A program made the translations under genes and the position numbers. The notes under the pieces were generated by a model. That model made no database searches. It saw nothing but the letters and a program-made list of their open reading frames with translations, and was not told where the DNA came from. Positions 29,001 through 45,800 of a stretch of DNA of 64,000 bases are shown here, piece by piece; within the stretch, counting starts at the first letter, position 1; each line of letters opens with the position of its first letter. Source of the stretch: the human T2T-CHM13v2.0 reference genome, Homo sapiens; the NCBI RefSeq assembly GCF_009914755.1, contig NC_060939.1, one strand, 5' to 3'.

Positions 29001-32000
29001 ATGGAAATACTATACTGTACCTTCTCTTATTTGTCATAATACTCTCTATTTCAAGGTCAGCACTAGCTAGGGCTAGCTCTAGGATTACAGAATTAAATGA
29101 GTAAATCCACATTGGCTTGATGCATTCTCTCTTGTGTGGTTATGTGGCCTTTCATTCTCGGTGTTTTTATGAACACACATACACACATATATATATACAC
29201 ACATATCTATATGTTAATATAGAAACTATATATATGTAGATGACCTATCTATCTAGCCCCTCTACTCTGAAGAGAACATATTTAGAAGAGTATATCAGCA
29301 AAGTTTCTAGGTTGATCCATATGCAGATACCCTAAACTGCCCCTGGGATACCCCTAGCTATCACAGAATACTGGAGCTTTTGCTGAAGAATGCCCTAGTA
29401 TAAGACATATAATACCACCAAGGGCTGCAAGTCTTCCTTCTGATATGATTCAAAGCGTAGGCTATAGATGTAATTTCTTTCAGTGGCAGAAAAGTTATTC
29501 AAAGCTTTATTTGAACATGCCTTGGGTTTCAGCTTTAGGAGGTACAGAGTGAGAAAGTGAATATATTTCAGTTTCAAAATCTAGTTATCAACTATGTCAA
29601 GACACATAATTGCTCTATATTTAAATTACTGCCAATGATTAGCAATAACCTACAATCTCCTTGACATTTCTGTTAAATATATTCTATGGTTTCTAAATAA
29701 AACCTACCAACCTTAGGACACATAGGTCAAGGAAATTTTATAATAAGGTCTCAATGATAAGATTATTTGCTCTAGAATCCAGCAGCCAGTTGAGCAGAGT
29801 ACATATGTCAAACTATTTCCTCCCATTGGCCTTTGGTTAAAGATGGAGTGTTTTGTTTATAAGATACTTTGGGCTTTAAGGAGAACTATAGAACTATATC
29901 TGTTCTAAACTAGAAGTTGTTATAAATCATGATCTTCATTTTACATTGCTTAATTAATAGTGTGAGAGATTTAAGAGACATAGGTAGTTGTTGCTATTGA
30001 AAGTAAACTCTGACCATTTCCTAATTTCTTCTTTTCTGATTCTTCTCAAAATATTCACACTTTTTAAATATGGAAAGGTATTTTATACACAGAAAAGGCA
30101 CTGTGTCAGACAAAGGGTCTGGTGCCTCAGCTTCGCAGCTCTTCCTAGAAATCCAAGATTGTTTTTTTTCCTAGGACTAGGAAGCCAAAAGTGTCACACG
30201 GTCAAAAATGCTTCCATCTACTGGTGAAACTCAGGAATACACTAACATTTCCCTGCCTGAAATGGTTAGTTGAGGACACAAAGCAACCCAAAGCGAGCGG
30301 AGCTTGGCCATGGAGCTCAGAAATTCAAAATAGTCAGTTCTTGCTGATGGTGAAGGTAAGTTCCAATCAACAAGCAGGCTATTCAGAGAGATGAAAGGAG
30401 GAGCAGGGGGTAAGATTAGAACTCAGGTTCCCCAAGGCTCTGTTCATGTATTCTCCCAAGGCCTTAAACCAGAAATGGAATGGCTCCAGAGGTCAACTGA
30501 CCTTTTGCCTAATGTCCCCTAGTTGGGTCAGTTGCTCCCTCACAGTCAGTCACTTTAATTCATTCCTGTGGGTGAAAATACATGACTGTTTCCCTTTCTA
30601 ACAGTCACAGAGGGTTGACTTGCCATGGTGAGCAGTCGCCAGATAGGACAATGGAATTCATCTCATTTCTGTGATGACTTTAGATATGAAATGCCAGGCT
30701 GCTTGGCCTAGGGGAAGGTGCTGTAAGTTATAGGCACTAAAGCCAACTCTCCCAGCCCCCTCTGCTCCTTTTGACAGTCTCCCTCTTGGGCTGTGATCTG
30801 GCTGAATTAATTCATAGCTGCCAGTTATGAGGACTTTATCTGCATTGTTAGCATTCCTTCTAACCTGCAGCCTCTGTTCATTTAATGATTATCTGATGGG
30901 GATTGATATTAAGTGAAGAGGAATGTTCAAATCACGCTGCCTTTGGCAAGTGGGAACTAAAATAACAGAATTTCAGTTTAGGAGGGAAATATTTGCTCAC
31001 TAATATGAAATTTTTCTTAGTAGGATTGTGGAATGGAAGGGAAAATTCCAGAAAAATATTCTGGCAAAGCGGACTTGAATGGATGGTTCTCCAGTACTTT
31101 ATTTATTTGGCCAAAAGATGAGGAAAAAAAGCAGAAAAGGAGGCAAAGAATAGGTAATATAGGAATAAACTTCTCCTAGCCATTTTTGGCCATTTTAGGC
31201 ACATATTCTCTACTTAGTCTCACTATTAAACTCAATTATACAATGTATTTGCATTAAACTAATTTTAGCAAGCGATAGTAAGAGTTTTTAGAAGACTCAG
31301 CTTTCAAAGAGGAGTTTTCTTAATGGACATATTTTTAAACAGATTTCTTGATTTCATAGCTTTCTCTCCAGAATCTCTGACAGGTGAGAGAGCCTCTGAA
31401 AGAATTGTATGGAAAGGAACAAAGCTCACACAAAGAATTTATCAATTTAGCAAATGCAGTTATGACTGCAGCTGACTTTCTTCAAAATGACATACTGCAT
31501 GAGCACATAGACTCAAAAGCATCCTTTTCTACTGAAGGCCTACAGCAGGCTCACAGGCAGTAAGCAAGACAAAAAAGAAACTCAGGGGGACCAATGAGAT
31601 TCCAAAGGGCAAAACTCCCAAGCGTCCTTCAGAGAGAGAGGTCAATTTCACAATAACTCAAAATATATTTATATCACGCTAAGCTGACAGCTGAGGCATT
31701 TACACTTTGTCTTTTCACAGGGCATGTAAGTAACTGTGGAAAGGCTTAAGTTTCCCTGCCTTAAATACGTTTCAAACATACTTGTGAAACACTCACCATG
31801 ATAAGTCATGCCCATTTTAAAGTAAATCTAATCTATGTATATAAAAAATTATGGTGGTTCTTTCAGTGTCTTATGAAAAATGGGAAAGGGACCGGGCTGA
31901 GTTAGTGCTTTTTTTCTCGTCTTTGAAGGCAGATAGAACTTGAGAAGTCAATTACTACTGAGAGTGAAAGCCTAGAGACTGATGAAAGAACTCAGCACCC

Positions 32001-32854
32001 AATAGCCTTCCTTGAAGCTTCACTGAGCACTAGTGTGTTGGTGGGCTGGCCTGAGCCATGAGTGTCATTTGAGAAAGAGCAAAACTCTAATAATCAAACA
32101 GTAAGAGAGGAAAGGACATGAACCTTGGCCATGGCTGCCAGTTTTACCACTGAGGATACCCATCCCTTTCCCTGTGTTTCTGCCTGCCTGGGACCTCTCT
32201 GCATGTTACTTGAATTGCTCTCCCTATCATGTTCTTCTTTGGTTCATGCCTTTTATCTTGTCAGAGTTGCGAAGACTTTCTGATGAAGACATGCTCACCA
32301 ACCGAGAAAAGTCCTTCCCAGGTACGTGGAACAGAAAGAACTGAGCAGGAGGGCAGGGCTGGCTGGCGAGCCAAATGTTGTCATAGATGTGGGGCTGGAG
32401 AGGCTGAGCACTCCATCAGCAGCTGGAACCTTTGCTTTCTAACTACAGACTTTTAGAGAGCAGAAACCTCTCTCAAAGGTGGTGTCAGACAAGTGAGAGG
32501 TCCCTAGGGGACGCCTTTGGCAGCACCTTTAGATGAGATTGGATTTGCTTATTTACCTATCTCAGAGCCCTCTGGACTGGGGCCTCCTTTATGGCAGAGA
32601 AGCAGAGAACTTGTTCTATTTGATTTAAGGCCCCCATTTGCCAGAGAAGCAAGAAATCCAATCTCAGTCACAGTTCACAGCTTGGCCCTTCGTTTCCAGA
32701 GCTGCCTTGAAATTTAGGGGCTTAAGTACTGCTCTGAAAATAGAGAAAGAGTTCTTAGCCCTCCAAACAAGATGATTGCTATGTAAATGGTCTTTGTCTA
32801 AACCCTGTGGTCTATTTAGAGTGGGTATGTTCATTTGATGAGGTCACATAATAT

Positions 32855-33075
32855 ACTGGTTAAGAGGACAGCTTCTGTGGCCAAATGAACCAAGCATGAA
32901 ATCGACACTTTCTAGCTGCGTGGGAAAATTCCCCAGCTTCTCTGTGCCTCAGTTTCCTCTTGCATAAAACAATACCCCTCTCACAGGGCTGTTGTGTGGA
33001 TTAACAGTGTTAAAGCATGCACAAGGATTACAACAGTGTCCAGAACACTGTAAGAGCCCTGTCAATGTTACTGCC
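32855..33075 (+). mobile_element. MIR SINE
   Basis: tggttaagag...cttctctgtgcctcagtttcctcttgcataaa...cacagggctgttgtgtggattaa. Confidence 0.85.
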
Positions 33076-33789
33076 TCTTGCTGTCTGAGCATCTTTAGTT
33101 GTGCTCTGAAAACTGCTCCTCCTGGTGATGCCCTCCGGGCTTCCATGTGCCATTCCTTTGGAACCCCTGTCACCCCTCAAAGCATTTCATATGTACACCA
33201 TAGGAATAGGAAGAAGGTACCAATCCTGTCATGCTATAGCTGATGGCCCCCTTCCTATCCACTCCCCTAAACCCCTAAAGTACACAGCTCTCCCAGATCA
33301 AACACACACACCAGCATTTTTTCCTCTGGGAAGGCCAGTACTCCCTCTCTACTCTCAGTAGCAGCCTCTGTCATTTGTCCTTTACTTGCCAAACAAAAGC
33401 CTATTCATTTATTTGTTGGATGTGGGGGATCGGCTTCAGGAAAGCTTGCATCACTGTATTTATTAAAGATTGCACAGCCCAAATGCAGATAAAGCTTCTC
33501 AGAGTAGGAGAAGAAAAAACACTACTCTTCCTTCTGAGTCTTCTATGGTAGTGAAGGAAATGACAGACTAAGATGAGAATATTTTGCTCCACTATGTTTG
33601 TGTGTATTATCTGGCTCTCCTACTAGATTGTAAGCTCCATATAGTCAGTGAATTTAGCTGCAGAACTTCTTCTGCATTTCACATTTATTAAATAAATTTA
33701 AATGAATGAATAAATAAATCTGAATAGGGATTTTATTTATTAGGTGTGAAAGTTTATTCTTTTTACTTTCTCACTCTTTCCTTTCAACA

Positions 33790-33985
33790 GCAAAGGTATG
33801 CTGTTCAATGTTTAATAACCAGCTCTTCATGGAGACGGGGAAGTCCTGATCTGCAGAACTTGCCAATTTCTTTGGTGTGAATATTCCTGTTATAGGTGAT
33901 TGCAAGTGAGTAGCTCACAAAATTCCTGGAGATTTAATAATTGGCTCTAACATGCAGTTACAGAATAGCTCCAGTATACCACTAA
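33790..33985 (-). mobile_element. MER63-like hAT relic
   Basis: gctcacaaaattcctggagatttaataattggctct...gctccagtataccact. Confidence 0.6.
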
Positions 33986-34120
33986 AAATAGGTATTAAAT
34001 TTGTTTTATATATTATAGGGAAGATCCAGTATTCTTTAACATAAATTGAAACTATAATACAAATTCAATGGCCATTCTTCTAATTATATGACTACATGTA
34101 TACACAAATAAATGAACAGG

Positions 34121-34250
34121 TGTGCAGAAAGAAGTTAATGAAGCAGGCCTGAGACTGATATCCAGAAAAAAAAAAAAAAAAAGGCTTACAAGGTTGGCCC
34201 GTGACTGGCTTTGGGGAACTTACATTCTAGAAGGTTTCCCACTATTCCCA
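34121..34250 (+). mobile_element. MER68/MER21-group LTR 5' fragment
   Basis: tgtgcagaaagaagttaatgaagcaggcctgagactg...caaggttggccc...ttcccactattccc. Confidence 0.65.
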
Positions 34251-35499
34251 AAACTCCACGTGGAATCTCTTCTCCTCTGTATTATCACAGTATATTGATA
34301 TACTTTCATTATGGAACTTAATACATTGCCGTATTTCCAGGTCCCCTTAGCAATCCCCATTTTCACCCCCAGTTCCAAGACAACGAGCTTCCCAAGGGCA
34401 AAAGCCACTGCTGTTCTTTTTGTGATTGTAGTGGGAAATAGAAGGCCCAGCACCTACTAGGGCATTGGGTTCTCTAAATAGATTGTATTGCATGGGGCAG
34501 GGACATTTTAGGTCATGAGAGAGGTTGACTATGGTGTGAAAAATGAAAGACTATTTAGATGGAGGGCCAATTCTGAAGCTTTGTTGACAGTGAAGACAGA
34601 AACAGATATCCCTGTCCCTTCTCCTGTCTCTTATCCATACTGCGTTCTGGTGAATGGGTTATGGGACATCTATGTGCCCTTTCCTCATTGTGTTTCCAAT
34701 GTCTACTGTGCTATGGATATCTGAAGGGCCTCCAATGTGCTTGATCTTTCATAGCACCCCAGGTGGCTGCTCAACTTTCCCAATTCCCATCATATGGAAG
34801 GCAGCAGAGCAGAAAGGTTGGGACAGAAACAATACTAATTAAAGGTCATTGGAGAAAGGGTTCCTTCATTAGGAGATGACTTCAAGGAATCAACAGGGAA
34901 GACATGAAGTCTCTAATTCTATGAAATTCAAGTCTCTAATTCTATGAAATTCCAGACTTCCCCTTGTTGGCTATTGTTTTCCCATGTTTCATTAAAACTG
35001 GTTTCAACACTTCAGTAACATGGAATTTGAAGGCTTGTCTTCCATTTTCACTCAGTCAGGCATGCCTAGCATTTTACTGGTAGACTGAAGGAATGCAGGT
35101 CACCCAAACAGGACAGATGACTGGAATAATTTGAAATCATGCCTAGTCTTTTTTTTTTCTTCTCTCTTAGCTCATGTACAGAAATGTTGGAAGCTTATTA
35201 ACTTCTGGTAAGAATACTTAACAGCAAGGATGAGAGAAATGAAGCATTCAGATGATTAATATAAAATGGTATCAAAACAATGGGTTACTCCTTGCATTTT
35301 TTCATTTCCCAATGATGAAAAGCCACTTCCGTTCCTCCAGCTTTGGAGCGAACATAATATAAGCACAAATGAATTGAGTGGGAGAAAGTTTTATGACCTT
35401 TATTATTTGGCCCAAGTTCACAGCAATGTCTGAAGAGAATGCCAGGAAATCTCTGTTTAGACTAATTTGCAGAAGAAACTACTGTTAGGGAATGATAGC

Positions 35500-36075
35500 T
35501 GTGTATTTATTTATTGAATTCGTCTCTTGGACATAAACATACTGTCTACTAACCTATTTACATGTTTAATTAAACACATTTTCCATCAGATTAAAATGAG
35601 AACAGGAAACTACCTCTCAATGGGTTTATGTGGAGTGTCAGCCACATGCCAGACCCTGCACTAGAAACCCTGGTTGCACAGTGGTTAACAGAACAGACTT
35701 GGTCCTTGCCCTTGTGAAACTTATAGTTTTGTGGGAGAGAGAAATTAAACAAGAAAACAATTAAATGAATAATCACAGATTATGATGTACAATAAAGGCA
35801 GTGGGTGCCAGGAAGAAGAACTTATATTTGGTGATGAGAGACCACCTCTCTGAAGAAGGTACATTTAATCTGAGGCCTTAAGGATAAGGAAGAGTCAGCT
35901 GGGAATAACAAATGTCTATTTGTGGGAATAAACAAGGAGGGGATGTGCACACAGGCAGAGTGAACAGCGTGTATGTGGATTTGAGGCAAGAAATACCTTG
36001 CAGAGATATGGAACTGAAAGACTGTAAATATGGTTGGAGCATACTGAAGAAGGGGAGAATGGTATATGACATCCT
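35500..36075 (-). mobile_element. L2 3' region
   Basis: atgccagaccctgcactag...ccttgcccttgtgaaacttatagt...ctctctgaagaaggtacattt. Confidence 0.7.
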
Positions 36076-37249
36076 CTACAGTAGCTAGCCCAGTCCCCTC
36101 AGCACGCTAGGGTTCAATACATCTAGGGTTCAATACATTTTTGTTGATAATGAATAAAGTTCCTAAAAAAATTTTAAGGTTAACTTGTGCCCCAAGTTAT
36201 GATCTCATCCCCAGTCATTCTAACATCTCTTCCAAGAATAGAAACTATTGGGGAGAGGGCACACAGCCTCCTGGGATAGACATACACTAATGTGGACGCT
36301 GAATTTTATGCAACAGAAATAAAATACTGCCAGTGAGTTGTGAATTTGCCTATTGGATTAAGAAGCTTAATTCAATGGAGTTTAATTGGGACAGATTTGT
36401 TGGTGATAGTTGGTAGCAGGGAGCTGGAGTGTTTAGCCAAGAACTACAAAAATCTTAACACTCTTTTTGCTATGGCCTCATCAATAACTGTGTCCCTCAG
36501 CTTAAATCCAAAGCAAATGGAGTTGATGGGGTGGAAAAAAATTATTTTGTACTCTATCAGTGTGGACCTAAATCACTGACATTTTCCAGTCATGTAAACT
36601 TTAAACCAGGAAAAATGAATCCAACTCATTATGAGGGCATCCAGATTGTATTTCAGCTACGCACAAAATGAAGAATGGGTAGACTACCAAGGAAACAAGT
36701 AGCATAGGGTATAGTGCCATGATTCAGTTTCAAATGAAATTCATATTGAGATAAAGACAAATAATTGAGCCAAGTTCTGAACTTATTTCCAACTCTCCCA
36801 GACTGGAAGTGCTCAAGAATATACGACCAGCAAAAAAATTCATTAACAGATTCTTTACCTTCTTGAGCACTCTTTTATCATCCTGGAGATTTACTGGAAT
36901 GAGTTGACTCAATGTAAATTAGAAACATATGGATTAAATATCTCAAAGTCACCAGATGTGATGGAGATTTTGACAAACTAAAAGATCACTGAAAGGTATT
37001 TGGAAGTGTTTTCATAATCCAAAAACCACCAGGTTGGCCCATCTCTAAAAATGAAGTTATGACCTTGTAAACATTATAATAGTTCTCATGTTTTTATGTT
37101 TAATAACACATTCTGTCATCACTGCTCATAACATATAATTATTTGGGTGTAAAACTGAATATGCAGATGTAAAAATGGTAGAAGGGTGTCCAATGGAGTA
37201 GTACTTTTCTAACAGACTATCCTAAGATTCCATGGATAATGGTAAATCA

Positions 37250-37760
37250 AGAAGTCAGTTAGTGTCATACCTGACAGGGTTCTCATTAGCAAAACCAAAA
37301 TTTACTCTAGTTAGTTTAAACAGAAAAGAACTTTGCCAAAGGAAATTAGGATGCTCACCAGTTTTCTTAGAGAGCCAGAGAACCAAAGTAGGGGCTATAC
37401 AACTAGGAATGGTACCCAAGCCACACATCAAGGGCTGCTGCAGCCCAGACCTTCCAGATTGCAGTGAAGATGCTGGTGACTACAAGACACAAAGTTTTTC
37501 ATTCTTTGCATCAAAAGGCTGGTACCTCTTCTGCCTTGCTTACTGAAAGACAGACTCTGCATACTCTCTTTTCACATGAATCAATTACAAAAGACTTTCA
37601 TGAATGTATCTGATTGGCAGAACTCAATTTACTACATCCCTTGTGATGCACCTAGAAGGTAATCTAGGGGAGAGAGTCTGGCTCTTCTTGGACAAAAGGA
37701 ATATACAAGGTGGGAATTTCTCCATTAATAGCAATGTTGTGCATAAGATGCTGGATGGCC
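37250..37760 (-). mobile_element. Old MLT1-type LTR remnant
   Basis: tactctagttagtttaaacagaaaag...tctgattggcagaac; weak, diverged similarity. Confidence 0.4.
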
Positions 37761-38422
37761 ACAACAAGGAGAATATTCTTTACAATTTATATTTTGTAAT
37801 AATACAAGATTATAAAGGACACTTCACAATCTTGTTTTGCTATGCAACTAATGATACAGTTATTTTATATATGCTTGTATTTTTCTTCATGGCTATTTTT
37901 ATTACTTATATTAGAGACTCTCGCTTAGCAGTCCAACACATTTCCTATGTGAAACCCAAGTGAAAATCAGAAAGTAAGAACTCCTAAAAATGGGGGTGAT
38001 GTGGGTTTAAGCATACCTGAAACATGCATATGATTTACATGACTGTACTTTAGGCATTCTACTCAGAGCCCATTGATGCGTTTTCTTTTGACAATTTATT
38101 CTGTGTTATGTTCCCTCACTAGGAGCAAAGTTTCAAGAATAGTTCAATAGACAACCATACACTTTTCACATGGATCAATCTCTCTTGCTTCAAAGAGTCC
38201 AGGCCAGTTGTTTATCAGAATATCCCATATTTTGAATTTATATGGTTTCCTCATGACTAGATTTAGAATAAATACATTCGGAGGAAATGTTACATAGATG
38301 ATGAGGTAGTCTCAGTCATTTCTAAAATAAGGCAAATGATATTAATTGTCCCTTTACTAATAATATTAAGTTAAAACATTTGGTAAGTTGGTAGACTTGA
38401 AATGTCTTCTTGGGGTGGAACT

Positions 38423-38430
38423 AAGATGGC
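38423..38430 (+). promoter_or_regulatory. YY1 motif at the start of the L1 5'UTR
   Basis: AAGATGGC ~12 nt from the L1 5' end, the known YY1 position in L1PA promoters; activity unknown. Confidence 0.6.
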
Positions 38431-39698
38431 TGAATAGAGGCAGCTCCACTCTGCAGCTCCCACAAAGAAGGACAAAACTGAGTGAACTCTGCATCTTCAA
38501 TTGAAGTACCAAAGTTCTTTTTATAGGAACTGACTAGGTGGTTGGCGTGACCCACAGAGAGCAAGCAAAAACAGAGTAGAGCAAGACCCCACCTGGGGGC
38601 TGCATGCAGCAAAGGCAACTCCCTCCCCCAGCCAAGGGAGACGGTGAGGGATTGTGCTTCCCCTCCCTGAAAACCAGGGCTTTCCCAGTGATCCTTGCAA
38701 CCTGTGGATTAGGAGGCCCCTCCTGAGCCTACACTACCAGAGCCTTGGGTCCAAAGCACAAGGCTGTGAAGAATCATGGCAGCTGCTCCGGTGGGCTGTT
38801 CCTGTGGGTGGCCATTTTGAGCAGGCACTGACACAGGAGTATTTACATACTCCAGCTCTGGGAACTCCCATGAGGCAAGAGATCCATCCACTCTCGTGGG
38901 GAGGGGGCTGAAGCCAGGGAGACAGGTAGCATCGCTCCTATGGAACTCCACAAGCTAAAACCCACTGGCTTGGCATCACTGTGTGTCAGCACAGTGGACT
39001 ACAAACTGCCTAAGAAGACGGAGTTCCCCAGGGAATAGGCGGCCACCATCACTGCGGCTCCAGTCGCCACTTTCCCTTAGATGGGGCAGGACCCGGATCC
39101 AGTCCTCCTCGGTGGGCGGGGCCTCCTTGTGGGAATCTCACCATCTCCAGCCAGGAGTTTATGGACAGAACACTGATAACCACCAGAGGAGCTCCTAGGA
39201 GGAGGGGTGGCTGCAGTATCCTGGATCAGTGATCTTAGTCTTTTCTGCCTGCTCCTCTGGAGAGTCAGGGCAGCCCAGACAAGGGGGACTCCCCCCAGCA
39301 CAGCACACCTGCCCTCCCAAGGGGCAGACAGACTACTTATTTAAGCAGGTCTCTGACCCTGCTCCCCCTGACTGAGACCTCCCAACAGGAGTCTCCAGAC
39401 ACCTCATACAGGAACATTCCGGCTGGCATCAGGCCAGTACCCCTCTGGGACAGAGCTCCCAGAGGAAGGGGCAGGCTGCCATCTTTGCTGGTCTGCAGCC
39501 TCCACTGGTGATATCTTCAGGAACGAGAGACCAGGGTGAATAAGGGCTGGAGTGGACCCCAAGCAAACCACAGCAGCCCTACAGAAGAGGGACCTGACTA
39601 CTAAAAGAAAAACAGAAAGCAACAATATCCACAAAAAAGAAACCACAAAAACCCCATCCAAAAGTCAGCAGCCTCAAAGATCAAAGGTAGATAAACCC

Positions 39699-41770
39699 AT
39701 GAAGGTGAGGAAGAATCAATGCAAAAACACAAAAATGCTGAAAACTCAAAAAGCCAGAGTGCCTCCTCTCCTCTAAAACGTCACAGCACATCTCTAGCAA
39801 GGGCACAGAACTGGGCTGAGATGGATGAATTGACAGAAGTAGGCTTCAGAAGATGGGAAATAACAAACTTTGCTGAACTAAAGGATTATGTTCTAACTCA
39901 CTACAAAGAAGCTAAGAACCATGATAAAACATTACAGGAGCTATTAACCAGAATTATCAGTGTAGAGAGGAAAATAAATGATCTAATGGAGCTGAAAAAC
40001 ACAACATGAGAATTTCATAATGCAAACACAGGTATCAATAGCCAAATAGACCAAGCAGAAGAAAGGATATCAGAGCTTGAAGACAATCTTGCTGAAATAA
40101 GACAGGCAGACAAGATTAGAGAAAAAGGAATGAAAAGGAACAAACAAAACCTTCAAGAACTATGGGATTATGTTACAAGACTGAACCTAAGACTGACAGA
40201 GGTACCTGAAAAAGATGAGGAGAACAGAATCAAGTTGGAAAATACACTTCAGGATATCATCCAGGAGAACTTCCCCAACCTAGCAAGACAGGCCAACATT
40301 CAAATTCAAGAAATCCAGAGAACCCCAGTAAGATACTCCATGAGAAGATCAACTCCAAGACACATAATCGTCAGATTCTCCAAAGTCAAAATGAAGGAAA
40401 AAAAATGTGTGGGGCAGCCAGAGAAAAAGGCCAGGTCACCTAAAAAGGAAAGCCCATCAGAAAAACAACAGATTTCTCAGCAGAAACTTTACAAGCCAGA
40501 AGAGATTGGGGACAATTTTCAACAGTCTTAAAGAATTTCCTGAAGATGCTTATCAGCTTAAGGAGATTTTGGGCTGAGACAATGGGGTTTTCTAGATATA
40601 CAATCATGTCATCTGCAAACAGGGACAATTTGACTTCCTCTTTTCCTAATTGAATACCCTTTATTTCCTTCTCCTGCCTAATTGCCCTGGCCAGAACTTC
40701 CAACACTATGTTGAATAGGAGTGGTGAGAGAGGGCATCCCTGTCTTGTGCCAGTTTTCAAAGGGAATGCTTCCAGTTTTTGCCCATTCAGTATGATATTG
40801 GCTGTGGGTTTGTCATAGATAGCTCTTATTATTTTGAGATACGTCCCATCAATACCTAATTTATTGAGAGTTTTTAGCATAAAGCGTTGAATTTTGTCAA
40901 AGGCCTTTTCTGCATCTACTGAGATAATCATGTGGTTTTTGTCTTTGGTTCTGTTTATATGCTGGATTACATTTATTGATTTTCATATATTGAACCAGCC
41001 TTGTATCCCAGGGATGAAGCCCACTTGACCATGGTGGATAAGCTTTTTGATGTGCTGCTGGATTCAGTTTGCCAGTATTTTATTGAGGATTTTTGCATCA
41101 ATGTTCATCAAGGAACACCATGGAATACAATGCAGCCATAAAAAATGATGAGTTCATGTCCTTTGCAGGGACATGGATGAAACTGGAAATCATCATTCTC
41201 AGTAAACTATCGCAAGGACAAAAAACCAAACACTGCATATTCTCACTCATAGGTGGGAATTGAACAATGAGAACACATAGACACAGGAAGGGGAACATCA
41301 CACTCTGGGGACTGTTGTGGGGCGGGGGGAGGGGGGAGGGGGGAGGGATAGCATTAGGAGATATACCTAATGCTAAATGACGAGTTAATGGGTGCAGCAC
41401 ACCAGCATGGCACATGTATACATATGTAACTAACCTGCACATTGTGCACATGTACCCTAAAACTTAAAGTATAATAATAATAAAATAAAAAATAAAAAAT
41501 AAAAAAAAATGAAAATGACATGAAATGTGAAATTTCAAAAATAAAAATAAATGTGATATAAATACAAAAAAAAAGAATTTCCAACCTAGAATTTCATATC
41601 TGGCCAAAGTAAATTTCATAAGTGAAAGGGAAATTTTTTTTTCAGACAAGCAAATGCTGAGGGAATTCATCACCACCAGACCTGCCTTGCAAGAGCTCCT
41701 GAAGGCAGCACTGAATATGGAAAAGAAAAACTGTTACCAGCCACTACAAAAAACACACTGAAATATACAG
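39699..41770 (+). pseudogene. L1 ORF1 remnant (frameshifted, interrupted by nested L1)
   Basis: Peptides ELTEVGFRRW, NLQELWDYV, LENTLQDIIQENFPNLARQANIQIQEIQRTP. Confidence 0.9.
40541..41571 (+). mobile_element. Nested L1PA3-like insertion: inverted ORF2 piece 40541-41114 (minus), 3' end 41115-41509 (plus), extra tail 41510-41571
   Basis: TSD aaagaatttcc at 40530-40540 and 41572-41582; nearly undiverged RT peptide [17 protein letters not shown]...[13 protein letters not shown]; 3'UTR gctaaatgacgag and cacattgtg. Confidence 0.94.
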
Positions 41771-41831
41771 ACCAGTGACACTATGGGGCAAATACATAAA
41801 CAAGTCTGCAAAATAACCAACTAGCATCACG

Positions 41832-45800
<3,969 letters not shown>

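Noticed and set aside
40440-40931. 163-aa ORF with intact RT motifs as a functional reverse transcriptase
   Set aside because: It is an inverted internal fragment of L1 ORF2 in a truncated insert; its openness reflects young age.
41317-41347. G-quadruplex-capable G tract
   Set aside because: It is the standard L1PA 3'UTR G-rich tract, only slightly expanded.
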